Source: Macrostomum lignano (Eukaryota). Taken from it: a stretch of DNA of 64,000 nt. The position numbers and the translations under genes are program-made. The stretch's first letter is position 1, and every line of letters starts with the position of its first letter. Location: positions 110,893 to 174,892 of the forward strand of contig NIVC01002427.1 in the NCBI GenBank assembly GCA_002269645.1. The letters are read 5' to 3'. Shown here piece after piece: positions 36,711-48,910 of this stretch. The notes below the pieces were generated by a model that saw only the letters and a program-made list of their open reading frames with translations, was not told where the DNA came from and made no database searches.

Positions 36711-39700
36711 CCCGATCAAAAAAAGTTGGCTTAATTATGTCTTAAAGATGTCTTGCATAAGACAGAAAGATGTCTTCAAGACATCTTACAATTGACTTAA
36801 TTCGGTCTAAAAATTGGCTCCTTGCAACACTTGTAGACAACTTAGAGATAACTTAAAGACGTCTTCAGACATCTTCAAGACATCTTAAAATCTACTTAAA
36901 GACATCTTCCAGATGACTTGCAGAAGACGTCTTGCCCAAGATCATTTAAGAAATGCTGTTTCCATTGCAATCACAGTTGTTTAAAAGAAAAATGACTAAA
37001 AATATTACAGCACTCTTTTGTTTCGTTTCAGGCAATATTGATATGAAAGAGAAGCTATTTAGTATGCTTCTAAACATGGTTCAATGTAATTTATTATTTA
37101 TGATTTATACATTCATTTTATAAAAGGCACAGTTTAAAAGTCACAGAAGCAATAAAATGGTGAATCAAAAACAAGTTAAAATACACTAAATAAAAATGCA
37201 AAAATACTCAAGTGCAAGTGTATAATTTTATAATGCATCATACCCAGTCATTGCATGGAAATACTTGGTTAATGCAATAATGACCAAGTTGCTCATTGCT
37301 TGGTGGAAAACTTGCTGTAAATTGATCCTTTGCTAGCCAACTATTAGTTTAGAATTGGCTCAATCCAGGAAGATTCAAGATCCAGGTTAGCTTCCACTAT
37401 GATGGATAGCATGTGTTGATAAGGCATGAAAGGATAAGTTTAATAAAGGTTATAGTTTATAGGTTGTTAGGCTGAAATAATTTGAAATTCATAAGTAAAA
37501 AACAAAAAATAATAAATAATAGATTATTTTACTAATATACTTTAAAAATCTAATAAATAAATTGCCTAGGCCCCTACTATATATTCACACAAGTGTATTA
37601 TACAATAACTTTGCCTTAGGCTTAAATACATAGGGGCATTTCCGCCAATTAGGCACTATCGGAAAATTACACTTCAACAAACAGAAAATGATGAATTGTA
37701 GCTTAAGCCAGCTAATTGAAGTCAAACAAGGACTTAAACTGAAAAATACAACCACTTTTGCTCAATTTAAAGCTATTTAAAGATTGTTAATCGCAAAATT
37801 AATGTTGAATAAACCATTTTAAACTTACGTAGACGCCACTTTTTTGGATGTCCAAACACACAATTTTTAACTTCAACATTGAATAAAAGAGCGAAAAAAA
37901 CATTCTTGATAGTAATTCTCTTTGTTTCATGAAAAAAACACATTAAACTTTGTTAAAATCATTCCTTTTCGTCACAAAACCTGCAAGAAGTCATTGATTT
38001 TTGTCAGTTTTCTTGCTATACCAAAAAGTATAAACGGTAAGTTTTTGCATCATTTGTACTCATGTTGTACCCTCTCATTTACTCATAAGGCTTTCAATCT
38101 ACACGTTTTTTAGCTTAAATGAAGGAAAACATCTTTGCGATGATGTATCAGTATATTTTTTAGCAATAGAATTTGCTTAATACATTTTTCTAAGACATTA
38201 ATTTTTTTTCGATGTGACATCTTAACCACAAGATTGTACTCATGTTGTACCCAATAATTTTTTTTAGTGCTTTTCATTAGCTGAGAACGATATATTTATG
38301 GATTGCCGACATACAGAGCTTCACAAAAAGTGGTCTGCTGAACCTTAATCTGTCAAAATACCTTAAATATTAACATTTAAATGTAGTAAGCACACTACTT
38401 ACACGAGATGTATTTTCATGTTGTACCCTTTATTTTATTTTTCGCTAGTTTTTTTTCTCAAAATCAGTCTTACAAGACTATCATTAAGTATAAAAGCTGG
38501 AAAATAAAACAGTTTCACATTAATTTCTTGTTTATTTATCAATAAAAATGTAATTTACATTTTGCACTATAGTATGTAGATATTAATTTACATAGTACTA
38601 AATCAATTTTCCCCACATTTACTTGTAATATTGCTTCAGAAAAACTTTCTCTAGATTGTGGAAGCATATGCATTTCTTGCTGCTTGCAAAGTTGCACTGG
38701 AACTTCTGAATAATTACAGTGATCGGCAAGTTACTGAAAAGTAAAATTAGAGATTTACATTCGGTATATCGCGCAGAAAAAAACATTTTGACAAAGTTAA
38801 AAAATATCGTATGAACTTATGCGCAAAAATAACAAAATCTGAATTAAAAAGTTGATTAAAAGCATTAAGAAACAATTAAAAAATTATTGACTGAAAGAAA
38901 GTTAATTATAAGCAAGCAATTACGCCTCAATATAAAATTTTATGCTCCTACGGTATTAATCGTCTTCTTAAATCAGTATAACTTTTATCGGCAACTTTTA
39001 TTGTTACCAGAAAATTTCTTGTGCTTCTACAAGATAAAAAAATAAATTTAATAACAAATTCTAGTTAGATTTCCTGTTTTCAACATTTTTCTTCTTCTTT
39101 GCACACTCGGACACAATTTGTGTCCCTATTTGGCGGAAATGCCCATAGGCTAAAGCTTAGGGCCTAATCTCAAAGCAAAATAAAAAGATTAGAATATCAA
39201 TTTTATATAAAACTTCTAGGCATACCAATTCTATTTATTCTCTATTAGGCCTAATCCAATTTTTTTAATGTGATATAGGCCTAATAATAAATTATAAGGC
39301 TATATCTATTTCTTATTTAAATTTTCATTGGCCTAGCCAAGAAAAAAGCACTAATGACTAGGCCTAATATTCAAAATATTGATATATTGAAAACATCATA
39401 TATATGCCATTAGCCAATAATAAAGGCAAAGAGGAAGCAACATATAAAGGCCTATAGGCCAAGGTTTTCTTTTTTGCCAGAGACAAGGTACAAAAGTGCA
39501 CTCTATACTCATTTTTATAGTGCAATTTTAAGGCTCAAAGTGCAATTTCTTATTTTTCTTATTTTAGGGCAATGCAAATGAGGCTTCAAGTTTAACAGAA
39601 AAACAGGTTAGAAGACTGTCCCTAAATTGCAATTTTCAATTTCTGGGTGCAATTTTAAATTAAAAGTGCATATACACACTCTATATATAAAAAATAAACC

Positions 39701-41006
39701 TAGCTATAGGCTCATGGAAATTATTTATTACTTTTGACATAAAAATCAAAACAAAAACTATTTAGGCCTAAGGAAGAAGCTAGGGCCTATCTAAGGCTAA
39801 GAGGCCTACAACAGAACAAAATAGCCTAATAAGCCAATTCAACAACTATAAAACTTTGACTTTAAAAAGCCAGAAGTAAATAAAACATATATTTTTAGTT
39901 TTAGGCCTAGTACATGGGCCTCTAGTTAATGCCTGAATCTTTTAAGGCCTAACTTAAAATGTAAACATGACTATGCATTAGTTAACTAGTGCTTACTAGT
40001 GCTAGGCATAGCAATAGATATGCAGTAGGCCTAACTAAAAAAACATTGCATCCAAGGTCCAATTTAAAATTGTAATTTTTAAGTCAGGATGTTACATAGC
40101 ATCCCTATTGCCTATTGCATAAAAACATTTCTGGCCAATCTGGGTTTTTGCTGGCACCTGGCACTAGAATATGAAATACAATCCTAGAAGCTATCCAAGG
40201 AAGAATTAGTAAAAAATACTACTAAGAAGGTCTAATTTGAGGATAGTAGATGTATCATCACGAATAGTAATACACTATCGCATTAAGTAAAGATAAATCT
40301 AGGGTAGGGCTTACACCAGAATTCTATATAGGCTATAGCAGCCAATTTAAAATAGACACTTATCACAAAAGATAGAAGCAAGTGTTCGACAATTAGGCGG
40401 CCTTCACGGTCACAAGGTTGTCTTTTAGTCCTTTTTAAAAATGTCGTTCCGCCATATTGATTTTAGCTGTTTTTAACAAAAGCATCACCGATATATATTG
40501 CAACTTCGTCTTTTTTAATGCTTAGCTGTTTAGAATTTTGTAAATATATTTGCTCCAATTAAAACTGTTGTAGTTAAACTTTGTCTCAAAGTTTGTAACG
40601 ACTCAATACAAAAATTGCATATAATTGCACTCCAAAAGCGTAAAGGATTTTTAATAATAGGCACACCTTCCACAGACTACAATACAACAAAATTTTTAGA
40701 TAAATGTCACAATAGTTGCTTGTTTTATTTTTTATTGATTTTTACGATCTGGATAAATTTGTATCTCAAACTTCCTACTTACAGTAGAAACAGTTGTTTA
40801 TGTAAATTTTTAGTCTTTAAGGTGATGTCTTAAAGATGTCTTCAACAAGACATCTCATAAAAGTCAATTTCAAGTCATCTTCAAGACAACTTTATCAAGA
40901 TAGCTTGTGGAAGCAAAGTGGAAGATATCTTGAAATTGTCTTGAGGTGTCTTTAGCCATCTTAAGACAATTCTAAGACGTCTTAAGACAACTTCTTTTTG
41001 ATCGGG
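36711..41006. mobile_element. 4.3-kb non-autonomous TIR DNA transposon (CMC/EnSpm-like by structure)
   Basis: TA|CCCGATCAAAAAAAGTTG at 36711 and CAACTTCTTTTTGATCGGG|TA ending 41006. Both ends carry subterminal arrays of AAGATGTCTT/AAGACATCTT/AAGACGTCTT. No transposase seen; the superfamily is inferred. Confidence 0.75.
37633..39145. mobile_element. 1.5-kb TIR element nested inside the 36711-41006 element
   Basis: TA|GGGGCATTTCCGCCAATTAGG ... CCTATTTGGCGGAAATGCCCA|TA. Base composition changes abruptly at both borders. Confidence 0.65.
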
Positions 41007-41319
41007 TAGTCGAACGCTTCTACTTCGATTTCCGACATTACTGAACTTCGCTCCCTGAACGGTCTCTTGTCTGCAGTCGAAACTCTAGGTGGGTACTATT
41101 ATTGAAGTCTTGAAAGGAGCTGGAGTCCATATCAATTTTAACTTGAAAATAGTTTTCAAGGTTTTGCTTAGTATCTATATTCTACAAAATTCTACAAAAT
41201 GGATTAATTAATGCTGATGCACGCAGGATGCACTTTTTGATAGTCCTATACTATAGCGTTTCACAAAATTTCCTGAGTAAAGCAGGCAGGGGCGCGGCCA
41301 GAGCCCTTCTAGCGCCCCC

Positions 41320-41682
41320 AGTGCTGAAGCCCCTGCTGGTGCTCAAGCCCCTGGTGCCAAAGCCTCTGGTGCTAAAGCCCCTGGTGCTAAGCCTCTGGTG
41401 CTAAAGCCCCTGGTGCTAAAGCCCCTGGTGCTAAAGCCTCTGGTGCTAAAGCCCCTGGTGCTAAAGCCCCTGGTGCTAAAGCCTCTGGTGCTAAAGCCTC
41501 TGGTGCTAAAGCCCCTGGTGCTAAAGCCCCTGTTGCTAAAGCCCCTGTTGCTAAAGCCCCTGGTGCTAAAGCCCCTGTTGCTAAAGCCCCTGGTGCTAAA
41601 GCCCCTGGTGCTAAAGCCCCTGGTGCTCATGCCCCTGGTGCTAAAGCCCCTGGTGCTAAAGCCCCTGGTGCTCAAGCCCCTG
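41320..41682. repeat. 15-bp minisatellite (GCTAAAGCCCCTGGT)n
   Basis: Direct reading. Confidence 0.96.
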
Positions 41683-42112
41683 ATGTCCGCGCAGATGAAT
41701 TGACTCTTCCCAAATTAGGCCAAGCCCTTCTTCAATCAAAGATCCAATAATTCAATGATACGCCCTTGAGAAATCATATTATAAGAAAACCTTTACGAAA
41801 AATGTTTAAATCAGGAATGCGACCAAGCTTACCAAAGTACAGCCCGGTATTGTCTAAAACATTCTCCAAAAGATAAATCCACACTCAACCGCTAGGCTTG
41901 GCTTGGTTAAAGTCTTGCTTGCTTTGCATTTATAACCTGAACTTGTACTTTATATACTGGGCCTCGTAAACGCAAATTTCGTGTGTACTATAGCTGTCTT
42001 ACACACGGCCTTTGCGTCAGTCACTACACTGCAACTATTATAGTACATGAATAATAGCCATTTTTAAGCGCAAAACTGACTCGATTGTATCGTGGTCGCA
42101 GTTAATTAATTT

Positions 42113-42222
42113 CTGCTGGATTTTCTGTTGGAAATGTTGGAATTTCTGTTGGAAATGTTGGAATTTCTGTTGGAAATGTTGGAATTTCTGTTGGAAATGT
42201 TGGAATTTCTGTTGGAAATGTT
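42113..42222. repeat. 21-bp repeat (CTGTTGGAAATGTTGGAATTT)x5
   Basis: Direct reading. Confidence 0.93.
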
Positions 42223-42724
42223 AGAATTACGCTCATTATACCCACCGATTGACTTATAAGACTGGAAAAGCAGTCGTGCCCAATGACCCAATGGCACTCG
42301 TACAGAGCTGTTTCAATTAGGCGTACACGAACGCTAAGGTGCCACAGAGGAACCGACTCTAATGTTTCTGAGAGATTGTGTTTAAAAAAATTATATGCTA
42401 ATCCAGAATAGACAGGGTCTAAAAAGTCATCTGTTTGGCCGATTCTTTTGTAGCAAGCCCGTCCCAGCTCCATTCAGCAGCGCGTTATCCCATGACGGGT
42501 GTGTATACTCGCCTACAGCTAACCCTTCCCCAGCTATTTCACGCTGCCAACACGGCCCAAAAGTTTTGCATGCCAATTCAGGGACGTCGCCATGGATTTT
42601 ATGGTGGGGGGCAAAGCCAAGAATTCTACATGTACATTATTTTCAGAATTGGTGTTGTCAGCACTCATTTTGGCGCCGCAGGCACTCATTTTGGCGCCAC
42701 TATATTGTGTCACCCTGAAGCGTC

Positions 42725-42909
42725 ACACTGACGCCTCGGTGAGCTCGGAGCTTCACTGCCTGTGGCTCTGCGTCCAGCGCTGGGAGTGCCGGGCCGTCCT
42801 GTTCAACCGGGCCAGCGGCGCATGCCGCATGCTGGACTTCGCTGACTCGAGCGTCGGCGACGCCATGGAGACCGACCCGAGCTGGGCCAAGTTCGTCAAG
42901 AAGTACTGA
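42725..42909 (+). pseudogene. 5'-truncated CTL-PAN copy (PAN domain to stop codon)
   Basis: TDASVSSELHC...WAKFVKKY* is near-identical to the intact copies. There is no lectin domain upstream. Confidence 0.8.
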
Positions 42910-43496
42910 CTAATAGTTAAGGAATGAAATTCTATGAAACAATATCTGAGAAGAACTTTGCATATACTGTCTGTGTTTTCGTCACAGTGGCTTGCAAAAT
43001 ATTTGAAACGCTCTTATTACTCGATAAAACTGAAAAACGAGCGCATACGACCTCGAAAATTGGAAAATTATCCGTGTGCCAGGTCACAATGGAAAATCGG
43101 CTGAGAATTTATCGTAAGGAAAAAATTTTATACGCCACACATATATTTAAACACATTTTGCAAGTCTAAACCGTCCTAGTGTGTAGCGTATAGTGTTGAA
43201 TTAAGTTTTGAGAAGTTTATGACCCTAATTTTAGCTCTATTTAGCTCTATTGAGCTCCTGTTACTAAATTTACTCCTGTGATTTCATTCTAATGAAAAAT
43301 GTTTTCCCAAACCAGTTAACTCAATATTGGTCCTGTTGCTATAGAATCAGGTTTGAGACCTTCATCAGAAACACGTGTCCTGTTTGCATTGTACGAGGTA
43401 TCTGCTGGTTCCGGTATGACGCTTTGTATGGTGATAATCATGGCGGCTGTAGACGAGTGACTTTTTCTCAATTCATCTGCTGTTGTCCTTCAGTAG

Positions 43497-43860
43497 GTCC
43501 CCTAGCACCCATAGTAGCTACCCCAGCACCCATAGTAGCTCCCCTAGCACCCATAGTAGCTCCCCTAGCACCCATAGTAGCTCCCCTAGCACCCATAGTA
43601 GCTCCCTAGCACCCATAGTAGCTCCCCTAGCACCCATAGTAGCTCCCCTAGTACCCATAGTAGCTACCCCAGCACCCATAGTAGCTACCCCAGCACCCAT
43701 AGTAGCTACCCTAGCACCCATAGTAGCTCCCCTAGCACCCATAGTAGCTACCCCAGCACCCATAGTAGCTACCCTAGTACCCATAGTAGCTAGAGTAGCT
43801 AGCACCCATAGTAGCTACCCTAGCATGTGGGGTCATAGCACAGCACCCATAGCAGCATGT
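43497..43860. repeat. 21-bp minisatellite (TAGCACCCATAGTAGCTCCCC)n
   Basis: Direct reading. Confidence 0.95.
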
Positions 43861-45103
43861 ACCCTGTTAGATTGCGAACGTTTTTCTAGTTTTCGACAGC
43901 TAGACAATTCCAGCCATTGCGATCCATCAATGTCTAAGTGAGACTGGCCGCAGAAATCCATATTTGCTTGCCTTTCGCTCGCTTTATTGACGATTTTGGA
44001 TGCAGTGTCGTCCATCAGCTGTCTTACTGTAAATACTTGCTTTTGGTAAGGTTCTCAGTTCCACCACATTTCTCCCATTGAACTGCTAGCAGTGGGAGAT
44101 GGATAGGCAGTTCAAAGTCTACACTGACTAGATCGATGAAATTTTAAAAGTTTGTTAAAAGCTTTCTGTAACTTTTCGCCAGGGTAGCTAGCTAAGAACT
44201 TTGAACTCACTGTTTACCGACTCATGGAGAAGCCAGATAGGTTGATTCATTCGTGAGACAATATAGCGATGAGCTAGAAAACTTTCACGACTAAAATTTT
44301 AAACGTTAAAAGTCATTTATGATCTGTCAGAATGTCGATTAGCTAACGAACGGCAAAGCAGTGCGGTGTCTCGTAGCTGGCGGTGTTCGTGGTTCGGTGT
44401 GGGGATTTTGGACCGGGATTTTCGGGGTTTTCGTGACTGTACAAACTTTTCTAAATTTTCATAGAAATTAACTTAACTTGATTAAATGTGCTGCTTAAAA
44501 ATGACCAACAAGCCCAATGAGCTAAACTAGAGGCTAATTTGCTATGCCGTGCGGCAATTTATAACGTTATTACACGTAACAGATGTGTGCACACGAAGAT
44601 TTTTAATAAGCTTGTTTCCTGATCCCCTGACCCAGTTAAGTAAGCTCGTGTTAGGTCTGCATTTTCGGGTTTGCTGCATGAGTTCGGGTTTGGAAGAGAG
44701 ACGGGTTTAGGGGTTCTCGAATGATGTTCGGGATCGGAATTAACCCCCAACCCCGAAAAAATGGACATCCCGAACAACCCTACCTGTAGGCTGGCCTAAA
44801 AGTGTGCTCATGTGCGCATACAGAATTAAAGCCTTAATAAACTGCTATGAACGCCCAAGCTACCAACACCCCCACCTCTTTACATTAAGGCCTGTGGCAA
44901 CAGACTCAAATATGGTATTGACTATTGCATGGATAATTAGCTTGTACGCAAATCAAAATCAAGACCAATCAGCCCTATCGGTCTCCTACTGCACGAAGCT
45001 GATTTCAACAGCCACTGAAGGCATTCTTTAACAAACATGCATGTACTCATTTTGAGTTTTTAACTCTGTGATCCAAAAGGTCATATTTTTATCTTGAAAG
45101 TTT

Positions 45104-45793
45104 TCAGTACTTCTTGACGAACTTGGCCCAGCTCGGGTCGGTCTCGATGGCGTCGCCGACGCTCGAGTCAGCGAAGTCCAGCATGCGGCAGGCGCCGCTG
45201 GCCCGGTTGAACAGGACGGCCCGGCACTCCCAGCGCTGCACGCAGAGCCACAGGCAGTGAAGCTCCGAGCTCACCGAGGCGTCAGTGTAGCAGTAGACAG
45301 GACTGATGTTGCCCAGCCTCAGGAACTCCGCTCGCTCCAGGTACTGGCTGTTCGGCGTCGCGATCGGCTGGCAGACGAATTTTTTGTCCCGATTCGCGAG
45401 TCTGTCTATCAAGCCAGCTTTGCTGACCGCTACAAAGTCATCGTCTTCCGTTAGGCTGTTCGGTAAGCCGGTCTTCCAGTCGCTGTTATCCAAAATCGGA
45501 AACAGCGAGCCGTTGGCGAATCTCCAGCCGCTGCGAGACGTGCCCGCCTCAACCAGGAGGTCCGTCACTCCAATCAAATAAGCATCATTCCAGTGATTGG
45601 CAGCTCGGATGGCAGTCAGGTCCATCAGCAGCTCTCCGCCGATGCCCAGGCACAGTCTGGCTGCGTCGCACCAGCTGGAAACGCTGTGGTTGTCGCCGAT
45701 GAAGACGCAGCTGCCCAGCCTGTCGATAAAGGGAGCGACGCAGTGACCGGAGGCGGTGGTAATCAGCACTGCAACCAGAGCCGGCTGAATCAT
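45104..45793 (-). CDS. Secreted C-type lectin + PAN/Apple protein, copy 3 (229 aa, intronless)
   Basis: Complete ATG-to-TGA ORF with signal peptide MIQPALVAVLITTASGH. Confidence 0.87.
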   Translation of the reverse strand: MIQPALVAVLITTASGHCVAPFIDRLGSCVFIGDNHSVSSWCDAARLCLGIGGELLMDLTAIRAANHWNDAYLIGVTDLLVEAGTSRSGWRFANGSLFPILDNSDWKTGLPNSLTEDDDFVAVSKAGLIDRLANRDKKFVCQPIATPNSQYLERAEFLRLGNISPVYCYTDASVSSELHCLWLCVQRWECRAVLFNRASGACRMLDFADSSVGDAIETDPSWAKFVKKY

Positions 45794-46536
45794 TATTCCG
45801 AAATTTGTTTTCTAGCCTTCATGCAGGTGCAGTTAGAAACAGCAAAGTAAAATGACTGCATTTATTTTAAATCTTTTGCCAATGATGGAAGAGCGTACCC
45901 TGCTTATAGTGAGGGACTCTTACTGGCTCCTAGATGCCAGTGTGGGATCTGCATATCGGGTTTCATTGGTTGCGCAGTCCTCGGGCCTGTGTTGGGAGGC
46001 AGAAATGATTCCGTGTGGGTTGGATACAGAGCTCATTTGTTTAAACAATCAAGCCATTAGCATCGATACCCATTTTTAAGGGGCAGGGCAGCCCAGCTGT
46101 GAACGCTTCTGACTCTCGCTGTTACATACTGTCACATACTCACAGATATGAGGGCCAACCCTCAAGGCACTGAGAGTGCACATGCCTGACGATTAGAAGG
46201 TCAGTGTCGCTGTACACCCCGTGTGAGCGTGTGTGTGAGTGCTGTGCCTGTGGTACAGTATTGGCGCGCTTGTATGCTCAGGAGTCAGTGGAACGGACAG
46301 AATTGCCTCAGCGCTATTTGCTTCGTCTCAGCGCCGCAGGATTTCGACAATAAAATCTTCGATGCTACTGAAAATACTGTAGCAAGTGAATTTTTATTAA
46401 AACATTATTAACGGTTTCTTTGTGTTTTTTGTCTACTAGGTGCCTCTACTGTATTTAGAACCTTGCCTTGGTAACTAAACGCTACTTTAAAAAATCTTTC
46501 AATCATCAGGGCAGTCGATTGCGCGGCACATCTGAA

Positions 46537-46678
46537 CCCATTTTACAGCTGAGTGAACTGAAGCAATGCCGAGTTAAGTGCTTTTCTCAAAGACACAAAT
46601 TGTTCCAAGTGCGACGAGAATCGAACCCCTGACCTTTCCATCGTGTGTAAGACGCTCTGACCACTAGACTGCAACCCT
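46537..46678 (-). mobile_element. CORE-type (MIR-like) SINE remnant
   Basis: CCCATTTTACAGCTGAGTGAACTGAAGCA...GAGTTAAGTGCTTTTCTCAAAGACAC...GAGAATCGAACCC resembles the reverse strand of the CORE domain plus tRNA B box. Confidence 0.65.
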
Positions 46679-46957
46679 CACGCATGCACATCTAACAAAC
46701 CACGTGCATAGCATTCCCTTAACGACTCAACCAAATCATTTAGCAGTACGAGCTAATGAGTGGAGCTCACTTACACATTACAACAGGCTGCAGCAACCAA
46801 TCAGCTGCAACCAGCCTGCAATTGTATGTTTTCTTTCATTGGTTCAACGCATCCATTTTTTCGGTCCCGTTGTAAGGATAAATTTTATAATCGTGCAATA
46901 GAAATTTCCTGGTTAAATAACAACTCTACCTGACTAAAATATTTGAACTGACGCACA

Positions 46958-47665
46958 ATGGCAGCAAAACGACTTGCCCAGCTGAGCTTCCTGGCTGCCG
47001 GACTGACTGCCCTTGTCTCTGGCGCTTGCGTCGCTCCGTTTATCGACAGGCTGGGCAGCTGCGTCTTCATCGGCCACAACCCCAGCGTTTCCAGCTGGTG
47101 CGACGCAGCCAGACTGTGCCTGGGCATCGGTGGAGAGCTGCTGATGGACCTGACTGCCATCCGAGCTGCCAATCACTGGATTGATTTTTACTTGATCGGA
47201 GTGACGGACCTCCTGGTTGAGGCGGGCAGGTCTCGAAGCGGCTGGAGATTCGCCAACGGCTCGCTGTTTCCGATTTTGGATGGCAGCGACTGGGTGTCTG
47301 GCTTGCCGAACAGCCTAACGGAAGACGATGACTTTGTAGCGGTCAGCCAAGCTGGCTTGCGAGACAGACCCGGGAAACATGACAAAAAATTCGTCTGCCA
47401 GCCGATCGCGACGCCGAACAGCGAGTTCCTGGAGCGAGCGGAGTTCCTGATGCTGGGCAACATCAGTCCTGTCTACTGCTACACTGACGCCTCGGTGAGC
47501 TCGGAGCTTCACTGCCTGTGGCTCTGCGTGCAGCGCTGGGAGTGCCGGGCCGTCCTGTTCAACCGGGCCAGCGGCGCCTGCCGCATGCTGGACTTCGCTG
47601 ACTCGAGCGTCGGCGACGCCATCGAGACCGACCCGATCTGGGCCAAGTTCGTCAAGGTGTACTGA
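46958..47665 (+). CDS. Secreted C-type lectin + PAN/Apple protein, copy 4 (235 aa, intronless)
   Basis: Complete ORF with signal peptide MAAKRLAQLSFLAAGLTALVSGA. Confidence 0.87.
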   Translation: MAAKRLAQLSFLAAGLTALVSGACVAPFIDRLGSCVFIGHNPSVSSWCDAARLCLGIGGELLMDLTAIRAANHWIDFYLIGVTDLLVEAGRSRSGWRFANGSLFPILDGSDWVSGLPNSLTEDDDFVAVSQAGLRDRPGKHDKKFVCQPIATPNSEFLERAEFLMLGNISPVYCYTDASVSSELHCLWLCVQRWECRAVLFNRASGACRMLDFADSSVGDAIETDPIWAKFVKVY

Positions 47666-48683
47666 CTAATTGAGAAACTCCCTTGCTTGTCCTGTGTGTA
47701 ATATTATATAGACTATATTACAAGCTTTTCGTAATCGCAAATGCTACAAACTTCAGGCAATTCCATACAATTTTGATGCCCCTAAAGGATTGGTCTTATG
47801 ACGACTGCTGCTTGGTTTTTTATATGAATGAAATCTTGGCTATCCATGGTTTTTAGGTTGTAACTTTTAGTAATGCATAGTACGAGCTAGATGCAGGCAG
47901 TGAAACACAGATAGCAAATAGTATATTTACAAAGCCGACTATCCTAACGAGTATCTAACTTGCCAAAGTGGTGTAAAAAGTTCAGCTATTTGTTATATTC
48001 CTTAAGTTTTCGGTCTTTTTTCCGTTTTCCATCTCTTCTACGAAACAGCGAAACAGACTGCTTTTGGATACGTTTTTTACTGTCTTTTCTCTAGTTTTCA
48101 GCATGTATACCATGCGTCTGAACAAGCGCACCTGTCGCCATGAGAGACTTCTCAAAACATAACTAACTAGCTTTGCCAAAACCTAACGAGCTTTCCTTGT
48201 TTCTCATCCTTTCTTTGTAACAGCTTTGTGAGAAAAATTTTTAGGCCGCAGGTGATATCAGTACAGGTTTGGCATTGTATGTTATCTCGCGGCATCAATC
48301 AATACTTGCATTGCCAGCTTCCATGTCAGGAGAAAGCTTGCTTTTTCTTGACATCCTCTCAAGAAATAGGATTAGGAGATAGAGTCGATGGTAAAAGACA
48401 TTGAGAGGCTTTTGTTAGAGATACTGCAGGCTGAGATGAGCTGCCGGTAGCTCCTGCAGTTGCTCAGAGTCCGCATAGATCGCGGCGATTCAAAGCTCGA
48501 ACTTTTGAATACGCTTCTAATGTCAATGATCAACAAGTTTCTGGTAGAATTAGAGAAACTAAATTAGCATATAATTATAGGCTGCACTCAAGGACAACTG
48601 AAGTAGTATATATAACGTGACTTCAGTTGTCCTTGGCTGCACTTTGGTCTGGTCATGTTTTTAAATTGAAAGTTCTAATCAGT

Positions 48684-48857
48684 GTCATCCAAGACTTTTA
48701 AGTCATCCAAGACTTTTAAGTCATCCAAGACTTTTAAGTCATCCAAGACTTTTAAGTCATCCAAGACTTTTAAGTCATCCAAGACTTTTAAGTCATCCAA
48801 GACTTTTAAGTCATCCAAGACTTTTAAGTCATCCAAGACTTTTAAGTCATCCAAGAC
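48684..48857. repeat. Perfect 18-bp repeat (GTCATCCAAGACTTTTAA) x about 9.6
   Basis: Direct reading. It lies about 50 bp from the stop codon of copy 5. Confidence 0.97.
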
Positions 48858-48910
48858 GTTAATCAGATCGAGGCCAAATGAAGTCCAGTTGAAGTTACGC
48901 TCGCTATTGT

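Noticed and set aside
34725-46805. CCAATCAGC boxes upstream of lectin copies 2 and 4 as a shared promoter
   Set aside because: The same motif also occurs 3' of copy 3 (about 44965) and the spacing differs; too weak to call.
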